Below, one piece after another: positions 35,942 to 46,320 of a stretch of DNA of 46,320 nucleotides. The notes beneath the pieces are model-generated. The model did no database searches. It saw only the letters and a list, made by a program, of their open reading frames with translations, and had not been told where the DNA came from. Positions within the stretch are counted from its first letter, which is position 1, and each line of letters begins with the position of its first letter. Made by a program: the position numbers and the translations under genes. The stretch is from Macrostomum lignano (Eukaryota), in assembly GCA_002269645.1 (NCBI GenBank), contig NIVC01004428.1, forward strand, positions 1 through 46,320. Reading direction: 5' to 3'.

Positions 35942-38900
35942 TGTGAAGTGCACACTGCTTGCCTATCTGAGTGTAACAGTGTACCAGAGACATCAGGGAA
36001 TTGCTGCTGAAGGAATCTGACTGCAACACTATCAGTCCTGAGACGATGGCTGACCGCACTACAGCGCTGGAGAGCATCAATGGCAACAGGGGAGCGACGG
36101 CCAGCGTAGCGGCGACCACGGCCAGCAATCCGATGGCAGACCAGCTGGGCCGGATACAGGGGCAGCTGACGGAGCTGGCCGCCACTGTCGCCGCCATCGG
36201 TATGCGCGGCGGACAGCAGGGCGGAGGAAGAGGCGGCAGTCGAGGCAGGGGCAGCGCTCGAGGAAGAGGTGGCCGCGGCAGGTGCTTCAACTGCTCAATT
36301 CCTGGCCACTTTGCCGCCCAATGCCCAAGCCGACAGTCCGCTTCAGCGCCCTAGATCACCTGCTACCGCTGCTCGGGCAAAGGGCACCGCGCCGAGGCCT
36401 TTCCAACTCCGGCTTCGGAAAACTGCTGAGGACTGGTGACCGTGGGCCATCACCAGCCCTGCTCAGCAAGGCCCGACCTGCCTCTATCTTCCTCCCCGGC
36501 AGCATCGCCAGCCAGTCGTGTCGGTGGCTGTTCGACACCGGAGCGCAGGTGACGCTCGTGTCTGCTGCAAAGCTACGAGCCCTCGGCATCAACGCACAGC
36601 TTCAGCCGCCCCTCAGCGCTCCAGTCGGCATCGACGGCCGACATCTAGAGTCTCCAGCGTGCGCGACTCTGACAGTGCAGCTGCAAGGACTCCCATCGAT
36701 CGTTCACCAAGTGACAGTAGTTGGAGGCATTCAACCTGAGTGCGTTCTCGGCATGGATGCGATCGGCAGGATGGGGTCCGCCTTTAGCGTGGACCTGGGT
36801 GCTTCTTCTGTCTAGCTGGGGCCGGCTAAGATACCGATTCTACAGAACGACGGCTCCCAGCAGGCTTGCCGAGTGGTTCCGAATGCCGTGATAGCGAGGG
36901 TGGCCCGCACTGTCGAGGTGCCAGCACGCAGCCGCAATATTGTTCCTGTGAAAGTGGACTCCTCCTCTGAGCAAGGGCTTTTCGAGCCGAACTCTGACTT
37001 CGCTGACAAGACGGGGCTGCTGTCGAACAGGGTGCTTGCGGTGTCCAGCACTGAAGGTGGCCTGCCCGTGGGCGTCTGCAACCTGGGTGCCGACCCAGTG
37101 ATGCTGTACGAGAATCAGGCGATTGGCAGTTTCGATGCGGCGGAACTCGCGGAGCGCGGCAGCAGCAACAGCGAGGATGCTGACTTCAACATCAACCCGG
37201 CGCTCAGCGATCCTGACAGAGAGAGAGAGAGAGAGAGAGAGTAGAGCGGCTGCTTCGCCAGCACGAGAAATCGTTCGCCAGCCACGAGTTCGACCTCGGC
37301 ACGACACCTCTGCTGCAGCATGAGATCAACCGGGAGCCCGGCAGCCGTCCTATCAAGCAGCGGCAGCGGACGGTCCCCCTCAGCTTCCGGCAGCAGGTGG
37401 ACGACAAGATCAGCGAGATGTTGCGTCACGGCATCATCGAGCCGTCGTGCAGCCCGTGGGCGAGCAACCTCCTTGTTGTTCGTAAGAAAAACGACATCCG
37501 CATTTGTACTGACTGGAGAGCTCTCAACACGTGCACTATCAAGGACGCATACCCGCTGCCTCCGCTGTCCGTCGCCCTGGACGCGCTGACGGGGAGTAGC
37601 TGGTTCAGCACTCTATATCTTCGACAGGGCTTTCTTCAGGTGGAGATCAGGGAGCAGGACCGCGAGAAGACTGCCTTCTACAGCACCCAGGGCCTGATGC
37701 AGTACAAGAAGCTGGGGTTCGGATTGTGCAACGCACCTGCAACCTTCCAGCGTCTCATGGACTTGACCATGTGCGGCATGAACTGGACGGAGGTGCTCAC
37801 CTACATGGACGACCTGATCCTGTTCAGCTCGACGTTCGACAGCCACGTCCAGACGCTCGAGAAAGTCCTGGAGAGGCTCCAGTCAGCCGGTCTCAAGCTC
37901 AACAAGCGCAAGAGCTGCTTCTGCTACCAGGAGGTCGAGTATCTGGGTCACGTGATTTCAGCAGAAGGCATCCGTCCGACTCAGGAAAAGATCAGCGCAA
38001 TAAAGGCCATCTCGACACCAACCTGCGCAGAGGACGTCCGCCGGCTGGTCGGCATGCTGGGGTTCCCCACCGGTGCTGCGGCTGCCTGATTTCTCCAAAG
38101 AGTTCCAGCTGACCTGCAACAGCAGCGTCGTGGCCATCGCCGGTGTCCTCAGTCAGCTCCACGAAGGTGTCGAGTGCCCGGTCGTCTACGCCTCGAGAGT
38201 GCTTAACAAGGCCGAGCGCAACTATTCAACGACTCACAGGGAGCTGCTGGCGATCGTGTGGGCGATGAAGCACTTTCGCAACTACCTGGCCTCGGCTGCC
38301 ATTCGGAAGCTCCTGACAGGTCAGACACCGCAGCAAAGCAGGCCAGCGGTCGAGGCAGCAGCAATCGTGGCGGCTGAACGGCTGGAGATCGACGACGGCG
38401 GCATCATCAGGCGCGGCGGCGAGCCAGTCATTCCGTTGCAGCTCCGTCAGGAGCTGCTAAGGCTGGCGCACGATGACCCACCGAGCGGACACCTCGGGCC
38501 CGAGCGAACTCTGGCAAGGATCGACGGCAAGGGCTGGTGGCCGAGCATCAAGGAGGACTTGCAGCACTGGGTGAACAGCTGCGAGAACTGCCAGCATCGC
38601 AAGGTGCCTCATCAGCATCAGCGGGCGCCGCTGCAGAGCAACTCGGTGCCGTCACTGCCCTGGGAGATCGTGCGGGTGGACATCAAGGGGCCCCTGCCAG
38701 CCACCGATACCAGCCTCGGCGGTCTGGGAGGGACCGAAGGCCGCCTGATTTTTATGTGGCCCAGTTTTAAGTCCATGTACCTGTCTTTATTAATTTGCTA
38801 ATATTCAATTTTGTGTGAGTTACATTGCGGTTTCGTTTGAATTAAAATATTTCGCTACTCGATTTTTTTTCACTACTTGAATTTTTGATAATTGAATTTT

Positions 38901-39190
38901 ACTACTCGGATTTCGCTACTCAAATTTTAGTCCCTTATCCGGTTCGATTTTGGAAGGGAGTGATGTGAAGTGTACACTGCTTGCCTATCTGAGTGTAATC
39001 GTGTATGTTTAGTAATTCATTGCATGTACATATTATCGGTTGTATGAGGTGGGGTTGTTGCAATCTGGCACGACCCCCAAATATACGAGTAAATAGTCAA
39101 CCTTGCGCGTCTTAGCAGTTTTCAAGACCGTTTCGTTCTAGCACATACCTGCCTTACAGTTTGTTCACTACGGCGCACATGGCACCTTCA
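35942..39190 (+). mobile_element. Ty3/Gypsy LTR retrotransposon, element 2, inactive and internally deleted (gag end, PR, RT, RH, partial IN)
   Basis: Zinc knuckles CFNCSIPGHFAAQC and CYRCSGKGHRAEAF; protease LFDTGAQ; RT with DWRALN, YPLP, YMDD; RNase H YASRVLNKAERNYSTTHRELLAIV; integrase HHCC (AHD..GH...CENC). The 35-bp LTR start at 35942 is repeated at 38964. Stops at 36352 and 36813. Confidence 0.92.
38952..39190 (+). repeat. Polypurine tract and 3' LTR of Gypsy element 2 (right end approximate)
   Basis: ggaagggagtga (38952-38963) directly precedes TGTGAAG at 38964. The first 35 nt match 35942-35976 with one mismatch. A possible end is CTTCA at 39186-39190. No TSD was seen. Confidence 0.65.
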
Positions 39191-39942
39191 CTTGCATCAT
39201 AATTCAAATCTCCATCGAAACCTAGCATTCTTCCTGATTCATCCTTGGGGTCCGAAGCCAGAAGAGCTATGTACCACGCTTCTTAAATATCTACTCAATG
39301 CTTCAGCCTATCATAGCATTCATATTAGCAGCAACAAGGAGGTTGTGAAACATAAAGTCCGATCCGATTCGCCGGCACTGTTGCAGTGGCCGCAGCTAAA
39401 GATGGCGCTGGAAGCCGCACTCTCGCGAGATCCTACTTCTCAGTAGAGACTTAGGAACTCGTGACGAGGGTGGCAACACAGGGCTCGGACCTACTGAGCG
39501 ATGCGCCAGGCAGTTCCATCCCGTGGGGAACCCATTGCAGTGCAAAGCAGATTTACAAGAAATTACCGAGGCTGAGCGGTACGCCAGCTGAGGAATAAGA
39601 TTGTGAACTTCGCTGCAATAAACCTCCGCACAGCTTAAGCAAACAAAATACTGCAGTTTCAAATAATTCTTTGGGAACTAAACTTCTTGGGAAAGCAAAA
39701 CAAAAAACTAAATTTTTAACCTCCTTATATTCGCGATCGTGAACGATCACTACTACTTTTAAGTAGCCCATAATGGTCACTTTGATTATATCCCAAATGA
39801 TGAACAGTTGGCAAGTAGTATAGTACTAGTAGTAAGTATACAAGCTTAGAAATTTCTGGAAACATAATAGTGGCACGACACTTCGTTTCTTGGAAAGTTT
39901 TAGGAGCAGCAGGTTTTTCAGAAAAAATACACTACGGAGGTA

Positions 39943-41467
39943 CCGTGGCGCACAATTAATTAAGACCACCTAGTAAAATTATTTTATCTTTGCCATACTG
40001 GCCGGTCTTTAAGCTAAATTCAAGTACTAAATTGGAAGTAAAGCTTGTAGAATATTAATTTTTGTTGTTTGTATAGTATTTTTGTTCAATTTCCAGCAGG
40101 TTTAAGTTCAAAATGCTGATCTTTGAATGGGAAGTACAGTTTTAGGTTGAACATTGAAATAAGACCATAGATAAATACTAGGGAAATAAGTAAAGCAAAT
40201 GTCACTGATACCAAACTATCTACTCTAATACTTTGTAGCAGGTCTTTTTGACTTAATCACAACATTGCACCGCCTAGGCATGCTGTCCACCAGCTTCTGG
40301 GACACTTCTGCCGCGATGGAAGCCCACGAGTCCTTAATGACACGGTACAGCTGACCAAGGGAAGATGGCTGCTGCTGCCTCTGGATGTCCCACTCGACCC
40401 AGTTCCACAGATTCTCAATCGGATTGAGGTCTGGTGACTGCGCTGGCCAGTCTATGGTGTGGATGTTGTTATCAGCAAGCCATACCTTCAAATCTTTGAG
40501 GTGTGCTTGGGATCGTTGTCCTGCTGAAACTGTCATCTGCTGCCTCTGGTAGGTGGCTGCTGAGGATGTCACGGTACTTCTAACTGTCCATGACGCCTCA
40601 ATGCGAGTTTTGGCCCAGGTCCAGCTCTAGAGAACGCAGCCCACACCATGACATTGCCACCTCCATGCTTCATGGTACCAACAGTGCACCTGGGATCGAA
40701 TTCCTCACTAGCTCGGCGGCGCACACCGGCAGCCATCAGAAACAGTGCGGGAAAATTTGCTCTCGTCACTCCAGATGGTCTTGGCCCAGTCCTGGGGTGT
40801 CCAGCTTGCATGCTGCTTCGGCCAGTTCAAGCGCCGCTTCCCGGTTTTTGTCGGAGATAAATGGCTTCTTCCTAGCAATGCGGCCATGCAGTCCGGCAGC
40901 TACCAAACGGTGGCGGACAGTCATTGGGTGCAGCTGACACCTCTGGAAACCAGAAATCACGGCTGATGTCCACAGCGGTGAGCCGACGGTTGGACTCGGG
41001 CATTCGCACGATGCGACGATCCAGTCGGTGGTCAGTTTTCGGTGCCCTGCCAAGTCTTGGGGCACAGCCTGTGCTGCTGAGGGGCTTGAGGGCTTGCTGA
41101 CACGACTCAGGCGATGGAGCTCTGCCTTTCCCTATTCTAGAAGAGTTCGAGATAACTTTTTGCTTGGGGTATAGTACTTAATTAGATGTTTTGGACTTTC
41201 AGAATCAGCAGGGACACTTTTATAACACCCTATAGCCCAATTAATTAGGTGTCTTATTACTGTGTGACTTATCGAATTCGAAAGTGATATAAGGGACTCC
41301 AATTAAGCACACTCAATCGCGTGTAATGACCCAACAAATTACTAATTTAATTGATTGATACCATGGTTATCTATATCTGATTAGATCAAAATGCTCCCGC
41401 AATCTGTGTAGGTTATGAAGTTAGTTCGAATTTGTGTTAGTTGGTCTTAATTCATTGTGCGCCACTG
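39943..41467 (-). mobile_element. Tc1/mariner (Tc1-like DD34E type) DNA transposon with a disrupted transposase
   Basis: 30-bp TIRs at 39943-39972 and 41438-41467 match at 27/30 and are flanked by TA on both sides. The minus strand carries GRIARKKPFIS, WSDESKF, KHGGGNVMVW, FQQDNDPKH and WPAQSPDLNPIENLW split over several frames. Confidence 0.92.
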
Positions 41468-44400
41468 TAGGAAGTTTTAATTTTTTTCTGCACTAAAATT
41501 CTGCATTGATATTCATAAAGCTTTTCGTTCAGAAAATTTAAAGCCTACATTGTATGTTATTTTTTATTCTACGTGACTTTCCTTGTGCGTACAAATCATA
41601 AAAATTCGTGGTACAGCTTGCTCTTAGGTTTTATAATTATGAATCTATTTTATCATATCTGTTACACAAATTTGTTACACAGTCAGCTAAGATCGAATGA
41701 TAAAAATAGATTCATAAGACCAATGCGCCAAGCCAATGATGATATATAAAAAACAACTGGATTGTCAGACTGGCACTAAAGCATGCTTTTATAGACTAAT
41801 AAAATAGTTTTTTTTTCTATTTTTGCTTTCAATATGCATTTAAAAAGTATCATCAAAATCATGTTTATTAGGCTAAAACACTTTACTTTGTTAAAATCAG
41901 AATAAAGCTGGCAGACGTCCTGACTAGGAGCCTCTTCACGGCAATCGATTCGAGAACCAGAATCGGTTTGGATTTCCAAGAAAAAAACAGTATAACTATT
42001 TAACTTTGTTGAATGTTTGACTGGCCTTAACAGCCTCACTTTGCAGAATTTTTCACTTTGTTCTTGGCTTTTGCCATTCAATAATCACAATTTTAAGCAC
42101 TAATATCCCTCTAGTTTATGAGACAAAAAGTTATACTTTACAAAATGGTTCTGGTTCTAGAACCAGAACAAGCAATATGAAGAGCCTCTAGGGCATTTAG
42201 GAACTATAGGGGTTTGCGGAAATATCGTTTAAAACTTTTTATTAGTAATTTACGAGTAATTTAATTTTTGGCAATTTTGCTAAGTCTAAGCCGTTTTATT
42301 TTGCTTTTTTCAAGAAAACCTAATTTTCGTTTTCAATAAATAATCAAAATGGGGGATACATCCCCGTATCCACCCTAACTACTACTTCTAGTAGGCATCA
42401 ATCATTGAAAAAGAGAATCAAAATTCATTATCATTGTCCTAATTATGAACTTCGTAAATGCTTGTATAAAACAATAAAAAAACATTAGTGGAATCTAAAT
42501 TCCTTAGTTGATTCTTCCTTTTCCTAAGTAACGATATATTTGTTTTAAGTATTTAATGCAAAATGTTCTGACTATTTTATCGGAAATCGTTTGGCAAGTA
42601 CTCGGACGTCTCTCGTTTATGAACCCAATGTTGTACTTGTGTTGTATAAGCCCTAATTGGCTCGTCGAGTTATGCAATTATCTACACCTAGTACAACTGT
42701 CAAAAGTACCACCCGTCCCCGCGCATGCCTTGCGTAGAAGAATGCATCGATTTTTAATAATCTTGAGTGCAAAAAATGTCGACTTGCATAAAGTAGGCCT
42801 AGAGAATGCTGGATGGCATGGCACTAGCAGCACGTGACTAATTGTTGAGTATATTTATACACTTAAAATCCATACGGCGTATAGGCCCTAAGAAATGTAC
42901 AGTGCTATATTATACTCGTAATCCATTAGGCCTATAATATCTACAGATAAAGAATATAAGATTATATATGCAGATATGCCCCATGGCCCATAGTTAGGAT
43001 CATAGCATGCAGATACATGCCCCAGAATATAGGCCCATTTAAGACCAAAAATACCCTGATGCCCTGATTCCCTAACACTCAGACTCAAAATCTATCCCAA
43101 TGCCCTAGGCCTAGCCGCCTAGTCCCAATTTTTGCTCCAAGATCCAAACTTAGATCTAGTCATTTAGACTTAAGTCTAGGGCTTGCCTGGCAGCCTGGGT
43201 TGGACAATATCACATTTTCAAGATTTTCAAGACTCAAGATTATACTTTTGTGATTCAAGATAAGCCTAGTCTAATTAGCACTGAATAGCCTATTTAGTAT
43301 TTAAAGGCCTACTGTTCTATTCTATCTGATAGGGCCTAATAGTGCTAATATTGTTTTTTGTTAAATATGTTATATATATAATGTCAATGATAGATCTAAT
43401 AATAGGTGAAAAACAATTATATAATATTGAGTAACTTGATCTTAAAACTTTAGATCTTAAAGATTGAGATTTAGAAAAGTGCCAAGATCTTGATAATTGA
43501 GATCAAGATTGAGATCTTAGGCAATCCTTTGGTTTCCCACTCTAAATTAGGCCTATTTAAACCCAGACCAATAGGCTACCTATAACACATTAGTCAACTA
43601 TTCATTGCATAATTCGAGACCCCAACAACCCAGCAACTTATATAAATACTATAGAGGGAATGTGGGGCAACTGCAAAGCCACTTTTAAGCTATGCACAGA
43701 ACCAGTGATAATTTGTTTAAAACATACTTATAAAAGTTTATGTGGTGTCAAGCTTTCCCCCATCCCCATTAGCACTTTGGTTATATTCTCTACTAGATAA
43801 CATATTACTAGGCCTACCCTATGTAGAACTCTGTGAATTTTTGCAAGAACTCTATGAGCTTGTTGGACTCTAAAAAGTTCAAAAAAGGGTTTAAATAATT
43901 TAGAGTAGACCTAGGAAATTGAAAGATTGCTAAGATCTTGTTTGACCCTTAATTCAATCATTTTATCTAGATCTATATTGCAATATTGGCCAACAAATAA
44001 CCAGCCTGGCTGGGCTTTTTTAGCATGTCAATTGATTACTTTGCTATTCCCTAGCCTAACTCTTATCTATGACCTAGGCCTACTTATTTCTACTTTGTCC
44101 TTTAGTTTCTGTCTTGCTTTTGATCTATCTCCTTAGGAGATAGAGGGGATGTTGCTACTCACTAAACTTATTTAATAATTTATTGCTTGTTTTATCCCAT
44201 GTACAATGTAGTCTCAATTCAATAGCTATTTTATAGACAGCCAAACTATTATGCCTATAATATTAGAGCTTATTTATGACAGCTATGGGGGTACAACATT
44301 TACTTGTAAGTTTGACAAGCAAAGATCAATAAGCAAACTTTAGCAGGCAAATTTCCACAAGCAAAATTCTATAAATAAAAGTTCAACAAAGCAAGTTTGG

Positions 44401-46264
44401 CAATCAGACTTTGGAAAGCAAATTTCATATACCTAGCAGCTATGTCCTATATTATATTCTATATAATATAGAATGCTGCAATGCGTCTCACATTGGAAAG
44501 TAGCCATGTTAATAAATGAATTGTTAAAAAAGTGCTTTTCAGTAAAGTAATATCTTGGCCAAATGAAAGTGTTCAATTGTTTTTATCTAGATCTAAAATA
44601 TATATTGGCAGTGTATTTTAACAATTCTATCCAAATGTTAAAATTTTCTCATTATACAAGCATTTCACTATATTAATATATTTTTTAAAGTATAATGTTA
44701 GGTTGTTCAATAACCTACTAAAATGTTGTATACTTAATAAAAATATTTTTAAATCAATTATACATACATAAATATATGAGAATATGAAATTTACAATTAT
44801 ATATTATATATATATATATATACAATTGTAAGTTTCTATATAGTTTATATATATGTCTGTATGACTGCTTAAGTTATCTAGGTCTGCTGGATCTGCATCT
44901 ACCCCTGCCTACTAACTGACTATATATTGACTAAGTCTATCTACTTATATTTTATATTTCTATAAAATTATACTTTTCATTTAAGCAGTCATTTATAATA
45001 ATTTATGATAATTATATTATTTAAGACCTAAAAACTAGGCTAAACATAGCCATAGTTAATATTTTATGCCAAAATATATGCCACTTTTAAATTTATCTAT
45101 GTTCATAGTTCATAGTATGCTGGGCCTATGTATACCAATATTGTATATAAAAATACCAAAGTATATACCAACCCTATTGGAAAATGCCACTTTTTGTGAT
45201 TGGCTTATTGCTGCACTTTTCAAATAAACCTCTACAATGTATGCCCCCCTCTGTCTTCATGCTTTTTTTGATTAGCTATAAATCTCTGACCAATGTGAAC
45301 TAGCATTGGCCCTTCCAACTTGGTAGCAATGTGGCAAAAAGGAAGAAAGCCAGGGTCCAGATTGTGTAATAGTGTATGGTAGAATAAGAATCCTATCTTA
45401 GCTAAATGTATGCTAGTATATACCAAAAATAGAAATTTCTCAAAAATGTTTACCAAATTTTCTTTTAAAAAGGTAATTTATCTTTGTGAGTTTTTTAAAG
45501 AATTTTTTGTAAGAAAAGTCTTCTTAGAAGTATGAACATTCTCATTTTAAAATAAAATAAAATTATGCCTCAAAAAACAATTATGAATAATTGTAGTTTT
45601 TAGCAATAATTTCACTGATTTTATATAATTTTAATAATAAAAAACAAAGAGAATATCTTTGACTTTTTTAGAGTATACAAAGTTTTCTAAACTTTACATT
45701 AATATGCTTATATTTATGTCAAAAAATGGCATGAATTTGTATGCAAAAATGTGCATGGAAAGTTTGAAAGAGGTGAAAGTTTGAAAAAATTCTGGCATAC
45801 ATTTAACCTTCCAGAGTCCAGCAAGAAAGTAATGGCTTAGTACAGTAAAAAGGCTATAATTAGCATCTATGACTATAGCTAACTATTTTATTTAATAAAT
45901 CTTTCAACCATTAGTAATTTCTTTTTTAATTTTATTAATTCTTGTCTGATTAATAGATTAATGTTACCATTTTGCACTAAAAATTGATTTTATAAATGCA
46001 TTAAAAATCTATATGCTAGCATCACTACCTCTATTACATAAATAGAGATTTTGTATATAATTTTAGCATGTAGCATGTAGAGAATTATCTAACAAAAGCT
46101 TTGGGATTAGAGACTGGCATAACTTGACTTGACAAGTATCATTTTCGACCAAAACCAGAGTTTGTCTGAGATCTATTTAGGACGTCATTTAAATTGCTTT
46201 CTCTGTTGTCACTATAATGCTTCTTGCACTACTTCCAGCTATTCAACAATCCAAGTTACTCAGC

Positions 46265-46320
46265 ATGTCTCAACAGCCTAAAGGCCGCGGTCGTGCCCGA
46301 GGTCGCTCAGGCCCACGCCC
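46265..46320 (+). CDS. Start of a probable full-length PIWI protein (runs off the window)
   Basis: ATG at 46265 gives MSQQPKGRGRARGRSGPRP, a GRG/RARGR arginine-methylation N-terminus characteristic of PIWI-clade Argonautes. A splice acceptor (cttgcactacttccag, 46238) lies 26 nt upstream. Only 18 codons are visible. Confidence 0.55.
   Translation, partial: MSQQPKGRGRARGRSGPR

Noticed and set aside
38055-38075. Gypsy deletions explained as spliced-out introns in a retrocopy
   Set aside because: The expected sequence after GGG TTC (a Tyr codon in the GFYR motif) does not give a GT donor. This cannot be fully excluded for the LTR-to-gag jump without a family consensus.
39176-39195. CACA followed by TGGCACC as an LTR end plus primer-binding site
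   Set aside because: It matches no tRNA 3' end I know, and a PBS is not expected after a 3' LTR. The LTR right end is left approximate.
39192-39662. GC-moderate ORF-like patch between the LTR and the Tc1 element
   Set aside because: It has stops in all frames within ~90 codons and no recognisable domain.
41205-41234. tatagggtgttataaaagtgtccc (minus strand) as a second Tc1-type TIR
   Set aside because: No partner was found, and it lies inside the element already bounded by the matching 30-bp TIRs.

Overview
This is intron-rich eukaryotic (metazoan) genomic DNA. GC-rich exons, very dense intronic minisatellites and invertebrate-type genes suggest a free-living flatworm such as Macrostomum, which is an inference only. 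Gene models rebuilt by hand from GT-AG junctions and reading phase are: a divergent importin-alpha (184-1556 +), a Ly6/quiver-family GPI protein (3325-4618 +), an unrecognised 5-exon secreted-protein gene (7853-11811 -), ribosomal S6 kinase (14497-24563 +, 6 exons) and actin (29695-30936 -) with a TATA box and two CArG boxes. About 10 kb of the window is tandem repeat, and there are tRNA-derived SINEs and hAT-type MITE ends. The most unusual block is 33.2-46.3 kb. A 5'-truncated, intron-containing piwi copy (MID+PIWI domains, DEDH intact, one in-frame TGA) on the minus strand is fused to an antisense Gypsy pol fragment. It is followed by a second, multiply deleted Gypsy element, a Tc1 element and an AT-rich spacer. 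At the window edge on the plus strand, an ORF starts MSQQPKGRGRARGRSG, a typical PIWI N-terminus. This suggests a head-to-head piwi pair enclosing a pile of mostly antisense transposon fragments, a candidate piwi-linked piRNA source locus (hypothesis). No database searches were possible.
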